Positions 48,624 through 58,429 of a stretch of DNA of 64,000 nt are shown one piece after another. The position numbers and the translations under genes were made by a program. Source of the DNA: an uncultured delta proteobacterium (GTDB taxonomy: Bacteria > Myxococcota > Kuafuiibacteriia > Kuafuiibacteriales > Kuafuiibacteriaceae); NCBI GenBank assembly GCA_963803435.1, contig CAWDML010000003.1, positions 480,001 through 544,000 on the forward strand, in the 5' to 3' direction. The notes beneath the pieces were generated by a model, which saw only the letters and a program-made list of their open reading frames with translations, was not told where the DNA came from and searched no databases. Position 1 is the first letter of the stretch. Each line of letters opens with the position of its first letter.

Positions 48624-49348
48624 GCCTCGCAGGCGGTCAGCTCGGCGAAGGGATCGGGGCCTTCCGTCAGCTCGCCCAGCGTGAAGGCGCCGGCGACGTC
48701 GGTCAGGTCCACGTCGAGGATCCACGTTTCGTGCTTCGTCGAGACGCGCGCGCCGGTGGCCAGGCTGATCCAGCCGTCCCAGGTGGCTTGCATGCCCTTC
48801 AGAGGGATCTTGGAGGTCCACATCTGCCAGCGCACCGGCGTTCCGTCGATCCCCAGCCAGAACAGGTACGCGTCGCCCGGCGTCCGTCCGCCCGAGGTGA
48901 AGCGAACGATCAGGCCGCGCTCGCCGGGCGGACCCTCCTCGGTCACGAGCGCGCGCTCGGTCCCCGGATCGAAGGCCTTGACGATCGGGTTGAGCCAGAA
49001 GCTGTCGTTCGTCCAGCGTGCGTGTGCGCTGTCGAGGAGCTCGGCGGCGTCCTCGCCGTGGAGCTCGACACCCGCCTCGAAGGCGCGCCCACGACGCCGA
49101 TCGAGATCGACCAGCGCCCGCACGTCCGACCACTCCACGGCCGCGAAGCCGCGCCGTCGATCCCAGAGGTGCGCGTTGGTCCCGCGGAAGCGAAACCGGA
49201 CCGCGCCGGTCTTCTCCCACGCGGTCGCGTTCACGGCCGTCATCATCTCGGCGGCCAACCGATCGGCCTCCGGACCGCGCGTCGCCGCCGGAAGGCCGCT
49301 GCATCCCGCCGTGCAGAGCGCGAAGAGCGCCGCCAGCGCCGGTCTCAC
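48596..49348 (-). CDS. Hypothetical lipoprotein
   Basis: Lipobox TAGC, HLWDR, NDSFWL and SGGRTPGDAY. GTG start overlaps the upstream stop. Confidence 0.7.
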   Translation of the reverse strand: MRPALAALFALCTAGCSGLPAATRGPEADRLAAEMMTAVNATAWEKTGAVRFRFRGTNAHLWDRRRGFAAVEWSDVRALVDLDRRRGRAFEAGVELHGEDAAELLDSAHARWTNDSFWLNPIVKAFDPGTERALVTEEGPPGERGLIVRFTSGGRTPGDAYLFWLGIDGTPVRWQMWTSKIPLKGMQATWDGWISLATGARVSTKHETWILDVDLTDVAGAFTLGELTEGPDPFAELTACEAQPALCVSF

Positions 49349-49794
49349 CGCTTCGCCTTCACCGTGACCTGCGACTCGATCCACCACTCCGAGCTGTGGT
49401 TGGGCGCCTCCACGGCGCGGAGTGTGACCACGCGGTCCCGGTGGCTCTTCACGTTCCCCTCTGCGTCGAAGGTCCGATCGTCCGGCAGCGCGATCACGAG
49501 CGTCACCTCCGGCTTGGCCATCGTCGGATGAAGATACACTCGGGTGATCTCGACGCCGTCCGCGAGCAGCGCGATGAAGCGGACGTGGTCCGCCTCGGTC
49601 GAGGGATGGACCGCATCCTTGCCGACGCTGATCTTCACCTCGAACCACTCGTCGGCGTTGACCTGCTTGGGCGCCGTCAGCTTGGGCGTGTGCTTTGGAT
49701 TGGCCTCGGTCCCTCTCTGCTTCGTGAAGTCCGGGCCGATCTCGGCCGACGTGGCCAGCGTGAACAAGCTCAGTGCGAGAATCGCCGCGTTCAT
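49345..49794 (-). CDS. Secreted superoxide reductase-like (class II SORL/neelaredoxin fold) protein
   Basis: Signal peptide, PKHTP, FEVKISVGK..HP..DHVRFI and EAPNH where SORs have CNxH. Confidence 0.7.
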   Translation of the reverse strand: MNAAILALSLFTLATSAEIGPDFTKQRGTEANPKHTPKLTAPKQVNADEWFEVKISVGKDAVHPSTEADHVRFIALLADGVEITRVYLHPTMAKPEVTLVIALPDDRTFDAEGNVKSHRDRVVTLRAVEAPNHSSEWWIESQVTVKAKR

Positions 49795-49809
49795 CGGCGG
49801 CACTCTATC

Positions 49810-51555
49810 TCAGGGTGCGCGGGAGAGGGCGCTGATCGATCGCTCGAGCGCCTCGATCATGTCGTCGACGTCCGTCATGAACTTGATTCGACCGATCTCG
49901 TACGAGATGGCTTCGGCCGCCTCCGAGCCCTTCGGGAGCCGACCGCTCGCCTTCTCGATGTCGATCGCGAGCCGCACGGCCGACTGCCGATCGCGGCTGC
50001 GGCGGACCTCCTTCAGCCGGGTCCGAAACTCGCCGTAGCGCGCGGGCTTCTCCCGGGGCGGCGGCGGCGGCAAGGCGACCTTGGTCGAGCGCCTCCGGGT
50101 GGACGCCGGCGGCGCGGCGGGGGGCGGCGGAGGCGGGCGGGTCCGGTCGATCTGGACCTCGGGCGCGCCGGGGGGCGGAAGCCTGCGCTGCTCCGCTACC
50201 ACGGACGGGTCCGGCGCCGGCGAGACGTCCCGCGCATGCTGCTGAGCCGGCGCCGGCAGGACCGATTCGCTCAGCACCAGCCGATAGAGCATCGCGCCGA
50301 CGATCGCGATCAACACCGCCAGCACCGCGATGGCGAGCTTGGGGAAGCGCTCCTTCGCCGGCGGAAACGTCGTCCGCGCGGAGGTCAGGTTGCTGGCCAC
50401 CGGATCGAACTGTCCGTCTGTGATGAACCCATAGCCGCCGGGCGGCTGGACGCGGGTGGGATCGAGGATCGCGACCTCCTGCATCGGACGGCTCGGATCG
50501 AGGTAGCCGGTGCGCGTCTTCGCGCCGAGACCGCCGGCGGTGAGCGGCGAAGGCATCACCGGATCCCCGCCGGCCACGCGCGTGGCCTCGATCGGCGGCC
50601 CGTCCGAGAAGGCCGCCCGCGCCCGCGTGATCAGCGCCGCCGCCTTGGTTTCGCCCTGCGGGAAGAGCTCCCGCAGAAACGCCCCCAGGACGTCGGGCGC
50701 GGTGAACGCGGCCTCTCCCGCCGCGAGGCGCAGCGAGGCCGCGAACTCCTCGGCGGTCGCGAAGCGCTCCTCGGGCTTCTTGGAGAGCGCCCGCGCCAGC
50801 ACGGGATCGAGCGCCTTGGGGACGTTCGGGTTCACGCCGGAGACCGGCGGCGCCAGCTGTCGGGCGACGCTCATCAGGATCTTCGCCCGGCCCTTGGCCT
50901 GGACCAGCCGCTTCCCCGTGAGCATCTCGAAGAACACGGCGCCGAGCGTGTACAGATCGCTCCGCCGATCGACGGGCTGCGCGCGGGCCTGCTCGGGCGA
51001 CATGTAATAAGGCGTACCCATCAGTACGCCGGCCGCGGTCTTGTACTCGTCGACGTCGCCCTTCGCGATGCCAAAGTCGATGAGCTTCGCCTGGCCGGCG
51101 TAGTTCAACATGATGTTGCGCGGTGACAGGTCGCGGTGAACGATGCCGAGCCGCCGGCCGTCGGGATCGTTGAGCTCGTGCGCGTACGCGAGGGCTTCGA
51201 GCGACTGGAGGATGATCGGGATGGTGATCTCCAGCGGAAGGATGCCGCCCTTGTCCTTCGCCTTCGCCACCATGGCCTCGACCGTCTGACCGGCGATGAA
51301 CTCCATCGCGATGCAGAAGCGCGTGTCCTCGAGACCCGCGTCGACGATCTTGGCGATGCTGGGGTGGATGAGCTGCGAGGCGATGTTCGCCTCTCGTATG
51401 AAGCGCTTCGCCGCCTCGCTGTTCTGCTCGAGCTGGACGTGAAGCTGCTTGAGAACGCAGACGTCGGGCGCACCGTCGCGCTGGGCCACCCAGACGCGGG
51501 CCATGCCGCCTTCGCCAAGCGGCTCGATCAGAGTGTACCGACCGATCCTCTCCAA
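49810..51555 (-). CDS. Hanks-type Ser/Thr protein kinase with TM helix
   Basis: LGEGGMARVW, VLK, HRDLSPRN, DFGIAK, GTPYYMSPEQ and a TM helix. Confidence 0.95.
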   Translation of the reverse strand: MERIGRYTLIEPLGEGGMARVWVAQRDGAPDVCVLKQLHVQLEQNSEAAKRFIREANIASQLIHPSIAKIVDAGLEDTRFCIAMEFIAGQTVEAMVAKAKDKGGILPLEITIPIILQSLEALAYAHELNDPDGRRLGIVHRDLSPRNIMLNYAGQAKLIDFGIAKGDVDEYKTAAGVLMGTPYYMSPEQARAQPVDRRSDLYTLGAVFFEMLTGKRLVQAKGRAKILMSVARQLAPPVSGVNPNVPKALDPVLARALSKKPEERFATAEEFAASLRLAAGEAAFTAPDVLGAFLRELFPQGETKAAALITRARAAFSDGPPIEATRVAGGDPVMPSPLTAGGLGAKTRTGYLDPSRPMQEVAILDPTRVQPPGGYGFITDGQFDPVASNLTSARTTFPPAKERFPKLAIAVLAVLIAIVGAMLYRLVLSESVLPAPAQQHARDVSPAPDPSVVAEQRRLPPPGAPEVQIDRTRPPPPPPAAPPASTRRRSTKVALPPPPPREKPARYGEFRTRLKEVRRSRDRQSAVRLAIDIEKASGRLPKGSEAAEAISYEIGRIKFMTDVDDMIEALERSISALSRAP

Positions 51556-51611
51556 GTGGGCGCCCGCCTCGTCGAGTCTAGCATGTGGACGAGGCGGGCG
51601 TGTGACAGAGG

Positions 51612-52184
51612 TCAGCCGCCCGTGGCGCCGGTGCCTTCACCGCCGCCTGCGCCCTCCTTACCGGAGCTGAGGACCGCGTAGTTGAAGTTGATGTAACCGG
51701 CGTCCGCTGCCGCGAACATGACCTTACGGACCAGCTTGAAGTCGATGTTCTGGTCGGCGTTGATGATGACCTGGCCCTTGAACGGCTGGCCCGGGTGCAT
51801 CATCTCGTCGATCTTTCTCATCTCCTGCATTTTGTCCGTCAGCTCGGGGATCCGGAGGTCCGGATCCTTCAGGATGTCCTCCGAATCACCGACCTTCACC
51901 CCCTCGATCGCCACCGTGTTGGCGGAGATCTGGATGATGGGCGCGCGCTCGAGCTCGTCGGTCACGCTCGCCTTCGGCAGCTGGATGTCCCGTGAGATGT
52001 TCACGAGCTCGCCCGTCGCCGAAAAGTTCATGATCAGGAAGACGACCAAGATGACGAACATGTCGATCAGCGGGGTCAGCAAGAGGTCGGAGACCGACTT
52101 GAGCTTCTTCCCGCCGTGCGACAGTTGCTTGCTGTCCTTCAGCCATGGAGCAAAAGGACGCTTACCTGGTTTTTGAATCGGCAT
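51612..52184 (-). CDS. aglS: ExbD/TolR-family protein, AglS-like
   Basis: MPIQKPGKR N-terminus, LTPLIDMFVILVVFL and ADQNIDFKLVRKVM. Third gene of the motor operon. Confidence 0.7.
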   Translation of the reverse strand: MPIQKPGKRPFAPWLKDSKQLSHGGKKLKSVSDLLLTPLIDMFVILVVFLIMNFSATGELVNISRDIQLPKASVTDELERAPIIQISANTVAIEGVKVGDSEDILKDPDLRIPELTDKMQEMRKIDEMMHPGQPFKGQVIINADQNIDFKLVRKVMFAAADAGYINFNYAVLSSGKEGAGGGEGTGATGG

Positions 52185-52198
52185 GCTTCCTCCGCTCC

Positions 52199-52678
52199 TC
52201 AGCCGTCCACACCGGCCACGCTGATGCCGTCCAGTTTGTGCTGGAGGCAGATGTCCATCACCGTGATCAGCTCCTGATAGGGAACCTTGTCTTCACTGGT
52301 GACGGTCACGTCGTGGTTCTCCGGATGCTCCGCAGCCTGGCCCTTGAGCACTTCGAACAAGGCCTTGGAGTCGTATGCTTCACCCTTCCGTTCGATCTCC
52401 TTCACGACCGCACCCTTCACCGACACGGTGTAGCCGGATGCTTTGATGAGCACGGTCAGGTTGATCTTCTCCTCTTCCGGGGGCGGGGTCGGCTCGTCGG
52501 AGGGCAGATTGGGCGTCTGCTTCACGTCGATGCGCGCGACCTGGGTCCACACCGCGGTCATCAAGAGGAACGAGATCAACACCGACAGGAGGTCGATCAT
52601 CGGGATGAGATTCAGCTGAAAGTCGACATTCTTTTTGCCACCGGAACTCGCTTCCGGCATTGCGCCGCCGCCAGCCAT
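52199..52678 (-). CDS. aglQ: ExbD/TolR-family protein, AglQ-like
   Basis: GGKK..LNLIPMIDLLSVLISFLLMTAVWTQ and VPYQELITVMD. Confidence 0.75.
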   Translation of the reverse strand: MAGGGAMPEASSGGKKNVDFQLNLIPMIDLLSVLISFLLMTAVWTQVARIDVKQTPNLPSDEPTPPPEEEKINLTVLIKASGYTVSVKGAVVKEIERKGEAYDSKALFEVLKGQAAEHPENHDVTVTSEDKVPYQELITVMDICLQHKLDGISVAGVDG

Positions 52679-52708
52679 GTCTCACTCCTTTCCTCCCGTC
52701 GAACGGGA

Positions 52709-53374
52709 TCAATCATCACGGGCCGCGCCGAGCGTCGACAGGTCGAGCTTGTCGCGGTTGGTCACGACGAGGTTCACCACCGAGACCGAGGCCTCATTGA
52801 TGTCGTCGAGCAGGTGCTGCGTCTTGCCCTGAAGGATCGAGAAGAACAGGAGGCCCGGGATCGCGGTCAGCAGGCCGAAGGCGGTGCAGTTCATGGCCTC
52901 GGAGATACCGAGGGCCAGCTGCGAGGCCTTCTCCGACGGGTCGGCGGTGGCCACCGCGCCGAAGCACTTGATCAGCCCGGAGATGGTCCCGAGCAGACCG
53001 GCGAGCATCGCGACGTTCGCGAGCATGGCCAGGTACATGGTGCGCTTCTCCAGGCGCGGCACCTCGCGGAGCGAGGCCTCGTCCATGGCCGCCTGCACCT
53101 CGGAGTCGCTCTTGTTCACCTTCACGAGGCCGCTCTTGATGATGTTCGAGAGCGGGGTCGGGGTCTGGCTGCAGAGCGCCAGCGCCTTGCCGACGTTCCC
53201 GGCGAGGATGTACTTGCGCATCGCCTGAATGAAGGCGTCCTTCGAGATGGAGGCCTTGAAGAAGAGGAACTGGATCCGCTCGATGGCGATCGCGAAGATG
53301 AAGATCGAGCAGCAGGCGATGGGGTACATGCCCCAGCCACCATCCTGAAAACGGTGAGCAATTTCTTCGAACAT
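52709..53374 (-). CDS. aglR: MotA/TolQ/ExbB proton-channel protein, AglR-like
   Basis: GGWGMYP, GLLGTISGLI..F, GISEAMNCTAFGL. 1 TolQ + 2 TolR arrangement as in Myxococcus aglRQS. Confidence 0.78.
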   Translation of the reverse strand: MFEEIAHRFQDGGWGMYPIACCSIFIFAIAIERIQFLFFKASISKDAFIQAMRKYILAGNVGKALALCSQTPTPLSNIIKSGLVKVNKSDSEVQAAMDEASLREVPRLEKRTMYLAMLANVAMLAGLLGTISGLIKCFGAVATADPSEKASQLALGISEAMNCTAFGLLTAIPGLLFFSILQGKTQHLLDDINEASVSVVNLVVTNRDKLDLSTLGAARDD

Positions 53375-53418
53375 GACTCTCTCAAGCTCCTTTTTGCGTC
53401 TTACCAATGACGATGGGT

Positions 53419-53454
53419 CAAAGGCCCGCCTGGTCGCTTCGACAACGGCGGGCC
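53419..53454 (-). terminator. GC-rich hairpin (possible attenuator/terminator) in the aglR leader
   Basis: Minus strand reads GGCCCGCC-GTTGTCGAAGCGACCA-GGCGGGCC-TTTG. The U tail is short. Confidence 0.45.
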
Positions 53455-53471
53455 GAAACGGTTCCGCGTGA

Positions 53472-53951
53472 TTACGCGAAGGCGTGTGCGGGAGATCCGG
53501 ACAGGTGTCTTCCGGAGAGGAACAACAGGAAGGTTTGTCTCGCACGTCTCGTGCGGTCGATCCGGAGCCCATGGCCGAGCCCCGGTCCTGTGTCTCGGAC
53601 AAGGTCGCGGCTGTGTTTCAGCCGGTGGGCGGTGATCGCGTCCCACTCGAACGCGGGCGCCTCGACGAGCGCGAGCACGCGCTGATCGTCCTCGCGACGG
53701 ACGAACTGAGCGAGGATCTGGTGGTACGGGATCGGATCCGGCTTCTTGTGTGCGTTCCGGGCGACCTCGGTGGTCTCCTGCTTTAGCTCGTCGACGCTCG
53801 GGAGGCCCTTCGCCGAGACGAGCAGCGCGCTGGCGATCAGCGCGGTCGCCGCGAGGCGGGATCGTCCCAGGCCCGATCTTCGCCCAGGGCCGCTCGCGCC
53901 GCGCCCGATGAGCGGCGACACGAGCGGCTCGACTAGACAGGAGAGAACCAT
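53472..53951 (-). CDS. Putative exported leader/hypothetical protein upstream of aglR (start uncertain)
   Basis: Hydrophobic signal-like LAATALIASALLVSA. Fills the intergenic gap co-directionally and ends LSGSPAHAFA. Confidence 0.45.
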   Translation of the reverse strand: MVLSCLVEPLVSPLIGRGASGPGRRSGLGRSRLAATALIASALLVSAKGLPSVDELKQETTEVARNAHKKPDPIPYHQILAQFVRREDDQRVLALVEAPAFEWDAITAHRLKHSRDLVRDTGPGLGHGLRIDRTRRARQTFLLFLSGRHLSGSPAHAFA

Positions 53952-54019
53952 GCGACAGCCCCTTTGTACCGGGCGTGATGACCATTACCACATCGGCCAT
54001 CGGGCGGAATCAAGGGAAA

Positions 54020-55945
54020 CTACGGGGGAGAGAAGACTTCGACGCCGTTGTTGGGGCCGCCCGGGGCCGACAGGAAGTAGCGGTAGGTCGAGACCAGCGG
54101 CGCCGTCCGGTCGGGCATGAGCACCTGGTCCGCGTAAAAGCCGAAGCTGCCGCGATACATGGCCTCGTCGCCGGCGAGCGTGAAGATCGTCCAGCCCGTT
54201 CCCTCGCGCCGCGCATACCGGAGATCGCCGTGCGTCGCGTCTTGATACGCCACCCGCGCGATCCCGGACGCGTCCACCACCAGCGCCGAGTCGGCGCCGA
54301 TCAGGACGCCGTCCGGACCGCCGCCCATGTTGAGCCCGGTCTCGATCTCCTCGGCCAGCAACGTCGCGAGGTTGGCGTCGAGGCTCCGGTACCAGACCGC
54401 CTGCCGATCGGCGTTCATGTACGTCACGTGGATCTCGCCCGCCGGCGTCACGAACAGCGACGGGAACAGGCCGGCGTCGTCGGTCGATCCGTTGGGCGCG
54501 CCGTTCCCGTCGATGACGCGGATCGTGATCGCGCCGGTCGTCGGGTCAGGCCCGCTGACCCGCGCCATCTTCAGGTTCCCCAGGACGCGGTCGTAGTACG
54601 CGATCAACAGGCCACCGTCGGGCGTGCGCGCGAGGGACGGCCACAGGCCGCGGGCCAGCGGGAGGTCGCGGTAGGGGGGCAGATCCTCGATGGCCTGGCA
54701 GGTGCGGTTCACGCAGCGGGTCCCCGATCCGCACGCGGGCGTGCAGTTGGTCGCGGGATCGGGCACGACGCAGCCCTGGGTCGAGGAGAGGCAGACCTCA
54801 TCGACGTTGCAGCGCTCCTCGCAGTCGTACGGGTTGAGGTTGAGGACCTCGACGTCCCGAAGGGCCCAGTCGGAGGGGCGCGCCGGCGTCGACGTCTGGG
54901 CGATCGCGAGGCGCAGCACGGACTGGCGGTTGCCCATCGGCGCCACCTCCCGGGCCGACAGATAGGCCACGATCGGCCGATCCTCTGCGTCCAAGACCAG
55001 GCTGGAGTACAGCCCGGTGTCGCCGACCCCGAGGCCGTCGATCACCTGGAACTGCCAGCCAACATTCCCGCGGTGCGTGTACTTGAGGGCGCCGCGATCG
55101 CGGTCCTCATAGACGATGTGCGGGCGCCCGTGGGAGTCGACGGCGAGGTCCGTGTAGATGCCGACGTCGGGACCCGGCGCGCTGTTGCCGCCGCGCGGGC
55201 CGTCGACATCACCGGTGATCGACCCGGTCGAGGTCGGTACGCCGTCGACGAACTCCCACGAGACGGTGCCGTCGGCCTGGACCAGGCCGAACATCAGATC
55301 GCCGTAGTCGAGGTTGTACGCGCTCATGACGCCGCCGCGCCCGTCGTGGGCGAGGGCGGAGTAGAGGCCGATGTCCCCGAACGGCAGCGGCGGCAGGCGC
55401 TCGCACCGGCAGACCTCGCCGAGGAACTCGCACTGGCCCCGATCCCACGCGCCCGAGGAGGTGACCGAGACGAACTGACCGGGCGGGCACGACAGACCCA
55501 TGCACTGTGCGGGGAGGTCGTGGCAGATGTCGGTGGGCACACAGCAGCCCTGGTTGCTGGGGCAGCCGCCGTTGCATGGCTCGCCGCAGGTGCAGCCGCC
55601 GGAGACGCAGGCCGGGACCAGCCCGCCGCTGCAGGTGACCGCCGTGCACTCGCTGTCCTGCTCGCAGCGCTGGAAGACGCACTCGAGGTAGCCGTCACCG
55701 TCCCGGTCTTCGCACAGCTGGTTGTCCATCGGACATGGGCGGGCGTCGTCGCACTGGTCCAGCGAATAGCAGACACCGACCGCGACGTTGCAGGCCTCGC
55801 GGTCTGCGCAGTCCTCGTCGCCGGTGCAGCGCGGCTTCACGCCCGTGTCTTGACCGACGTTGGTGAGGCCGCCGTCGCAGTCGCACCCGGCCGAGGCCAG
55901 CAGGCCCAAGAGGGCTCCCATACAGATCGCGCGGAACGATCGCAC
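54020..55945 (-). CDS. Cys-rich myxobacterial lipoprotein with beta-propeller region
   Basis: Lipobox SAGC(DC), CxxDxDC repeats and GxYxSLA.D..G.P.I.Y.D...G.L.YA propeller blades. Confidence 0.8.
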   Translation of the reverse strand: MRSFRAICMGALLGLLASAGCDCDGGLTNVGQDTGVKPRCTGDEDCADREACNVAVGVCYSLDQCDDARPCPMDNQLCEDRDGDGYLECVFQRCEQDSECTAVTCSGGLVPACVSGGCTCGEPCNGGCPSNQGCCVPTDICHDLPAQCMGLSCPPGQFVSVTSSGAWDRGQCEFLGEVCRCERLPPLPFGDIGLYSALAHDGRGGVMSAYNLDYGDLMFGLVQADGTVSWEFVDGVPTSTGSITGDVDGPRGGNSAPGPDVGIYTDLAVDSHGRPHIVYEDRDRGALKYTHRGNVGWQFQVIDGLGVGDTGLYSSLVLDAEDRPIVAYLSAREVAPMGNRQSVLRLAIAQTSTPARPSDWALRDVEVLNLNPYDCEERCNVDEVCLSSTQGCVVPDPATNCTPACGSGTRCVNRTCQAIEDLPPYRDLPLARGLWPSLARTPDGGLLIAYYDRVLGNLKMARVSGPDPTTGAITIRVIDGNGAPNGSTDDAGLFPSLFVTPAGEIHVTYMNADRQAVWYRSLDANLATLLAEEIETGLNMGGGPDGVLIGADSALVVDASGIARVAYQDATHGDLRYARREGTGWTIFTLAGDEAMYRGSFGFYADQVLMPDRTAPLVSTYRYFLSAPGGPNNGVEVFSPP

Positions 55946-56027
55946 TCCCCCGCGGTACACGGAGCCCGCCTCCGGATCAATCGTCCGTCCGTCCATGACT
56001 TGACTGCAATTTGGGGCAGGGCGACCA

Positions 56028-57116
56028 ATGGACGACCAGATGGAGCCACGGATGTTCGACAAGTTCCTCGCGGCGGCCGTGAAGGCGGGAGCGTCCGACA
56101 TTCACATCAAAGCCCAGGCCCAGCCGACGCTCAGGGTCCACGGGGTGCTGAAGGAGGTGAAGCTCGACGCCATCACCGAATCGGGGATGGAGAGCCTCGT
56201 CAGCCACATCATGAACGCGAACAAGCTGGAGTTCGATCTCCGGCGCATGAAGGAGCACGACACCTCGTACTACGTCGACGGCGTCGGTCGCTTTCGCGTC
56301 AACATCCTCAAGCAGAAGGGGAACTGGGCGGCGGTCCTGCGGGTCATTCCGCGCAAGATCCCGACGGTCGACGAGCTCGGCCTTCCGCCGGTGCTGAAGA
56401 AGATCGCGCGCGAGGAGCGCGGGCTGGTGCTGGTCACGGGCGTCACCGGCTCCGGTAAGTCGACCACGCTCGCGGCCATGATCAACGAGATCAACGCCGA
56501 GTATCGCAAGCACATCGTGACCATCGAGGATCCGATCGAGTTCCTCCACGAGGACAAGCTCTCGCGGGTGACTCAGCGGGAGGTCGGCGCGGACACCGAG
56601 TCCTTCGCGATGGCGCTGCGGGCGGCCCTGCGCCAGGACCCGGACGTCATCCTGGTCGGTGAGATGCGCGATGCGATCACGATCGACACCGGCCTCAAGG
56701 CGACCGAGACCGGCCACCTGGTCTTCTCCACGGTGCACACCACCGACTGCGCCAAGACGATCGGTCGCATCATCGACGTCTTCCCCCACGACGCCCAGGA
56801 CAACGTCCGCATCAGGCTCGCCGAGAACCTCAAGGCGACGATCTCTCAGCGCCTGCTGCGACGCTCCGACGGACAGGGGCGCGTGGTGGCGATGGAGATC
56901 ATGGTCGCCACGCTCACCGTGCAGGAGCTGATCAAGGACAAGGGACGGACGGCCGAGATCAAGGACTACATCGAGAAGGGGCGCGAGATGTACGGCACGC
57001 AGTCGTTCGACCAGCACCTGATCGATCTGTACAACGCCAACATCATCTCGTTCGAGACCGCGAAGTCCGCCGCCACCAACCCGGCGGATCTGGAGCGCGC
57101 GCTCTACGTGAACTGA
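56028..57116 (+). CDS. pilT: PilT/PilU-family type IV pilus retraction ATPase
   Basis: ASDIHI, GRFRVNI, GVTGSGKST, TIEDPIEF, LRQDPDVILVGEMRD and GHLVFSTVHT. Confidence 0.9.
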   Translation: MDDQMEPRMFDKFLAAAVKAGASDIHIKAQAQPTLRVHGVLKEVKLDAITESGMESLVSHIMNANKLEFDLRRMKEHDTSYYVDGVGRFRVNILKQKGNWAAVLRVIPRKIPTVDELGLPPVLKKIAREERGLVLVTGVTGSGKSTTLAAMINEINAEYRKHIVTIEDPIEFLHEDKLSRVTQREVGADTESFAMALRAALRQDPDVILVGEMRDAITIDTGLKATETGHLVFSTVHTTDCAKTIGRIIDVFPHDAQDNVRIRLAENLKATISQRLLRRSDGQGRVVAMEIMVATLTVQELIKDKGRTAEIKDYIEKGREMYGTQSFDQHLIDLYNANIISFETAKSAATNPADLERALYVN

Positions 57117-57851
57117 TCAGATCGCGACGATTCGCCGATCCCCGGAGGCTTTTCCGGGGACGCGCAGCTGATACTCGCCCGGCACGAAGAAGATCGCGGT
57201 GCGCTCCCCGTCGGCGTCGCGGATGAAGACGGGCGCGTTGATGCGGCTCTCGATGTCAGGCGGCTCGAGCGGACGGCCGCGCTCGTCGGTGGCGCGCAGC
57301 CGGACGGGCAGGCCGAGCTCGACGCTCGGACGCTTCTCGGTGGGCGTCTGGTCGTCGATCGTGATCTTGGAGCTGCCCATGGCCCGGAGCGCGTGGACCG
57401 AGGTGCCCTTGCCGCCGCTGTACTCCACGAAGCCTTCGGCGCGGAGGGCGTCGAGGGCATCGCGCGTCTTCACGGCGCGGATCAGCGTGTCGAGCCCATG
57501 CTCGACGCCCGGCTGCAGGTCGCTCGCGAGCGTGGGGAGGACCACCTTCCGCGCGACGTTCAGATCCTCGAGCGTCAGCTCTCCGAGCATCTGCTCCGAG
57601 AAGCGGAGCAGCACCGCCACGCCGAGCTCGCGGAGCGGCGACGGGCTCTTCTCCAGCAGCGGCTCGAAGCTGGCCATGTCGAACGACAGCCAGTACTCCG
57701 CGTTCGCCAGCATCCGGGCGAAGTCGGAGAGCGCGGTCGCGTCCTCGCGCTTCTCCAGGGAGCTCGCGGACAGCTCGATGCCGCCGACGAGGTCCGGCAG
57801 CATCGGGTGCTGCGTCCGGACGGGGATCGGTTGGGTCGTCATGGTGCTCAT
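57117..57851 (-). CDS. Hypothetical protein
   Basis: ATG overlaps the upstream stop (ATGA). Native codon usage from MSTMTTQ. Confidence 0.65.
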   Translation of the reverse strand: MSTMTTQPIPVRTQHPMLPDLVGGIELSASSLEKREDATALSDFARMLANAEYWLSFDMASFEPLLEKSPSPLRELGVAVLLRFSEQMLGELTLEDLNVARKVVLPTLASDLQPGVEHGLDTLIRAVKTRDALDALRAEGFVEYSGGKGTSVHALRAMGSSKITIDDQTPTEKRPSVELGLPVRLRATDERGRPLEPPDIESRINAPVFIRDADGERTAIFFVPGEYQLRVPGKASGDRRIVAI

Positions 57852-58429
57852 ATTCCGAGCAGGTTGACGTCGATGAGGAGCGTCACCGTGGTGGTGAGCT
57901 TGATGTTGATGGCCGGGTTGGCGCCCTGCGGCGTCAGCACCAGGTCGGCGCCGATCTTCATCGACTCGGCGACGGCGTACGGCTTGAGACCGGTACCCTT
58001 CATGTCGGCGGCGCTGGTGGCGAAGTCGCCCTCGATCACCAGGTCGGCTGTCTTGGCCTCCGGCACCTCCGTCAGGCGGCCGAGCGTCTTCCTGGGCTCG
58101 TCGGGCGCCTCCACCCAGATCTCGAGCGAGTCGATGTAGATAGAGAGGCGATCGAGGGAGGGGTTGTTGCTGCCGGTGTCCATCTCCAGCTGGATCGACT
58201 TCACGAAGATGCCGTCGACGTCGCTCGGCTTCACGCCCTGGTTCTGGAAGCTCTTCTCGTTCGAGAGCTCGAGGGCGTTGAAGTCGCCGCCGTAGATGGG
58301 GTTCAGCGGGGTCCCGGCCACCCGCGCCGCCGGGAGGGTGGCCTCGTCGGTGATGACCTGCTCGAAGTCGTCGATGCCACAGGACGCCAGGATCACGGCG
58401 AATGCGGCCAGCCCTGTGGTCCCGTGCAT
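57848..58429 (-). CDS. Hypothetical lipoprotein
   Basis: Lipobox LASC and a beta-rich body. Confidence 0.7.
   Translation of the reverse strand: MHGTTGLAAFAVILASCGIDDFEQVITDEATLPAARVAGTPLNPIYGGDFNALELSNEKSFQNQGVKPSDVDGIFVKSIQLEMDTGSNNPSLDRLSIYIDSLEIWVEAPDEPRKTLGRLTEVPEAKTADLVIEGDFATSAADMKGTGLKPYAVAESMKIGADLVLTPQGANPAINIKLTTTVTLLIDVNLLGI

Noticed and set aside
53380-53560. c-di-GMP-I riboswitch (ACAAACC and GACGCAAA fragments on the minus strand)
   Set aside because: The fragments are about 140 nt apart and lack the GAAA-capped P2 architecture. An Infernal search would settle it.
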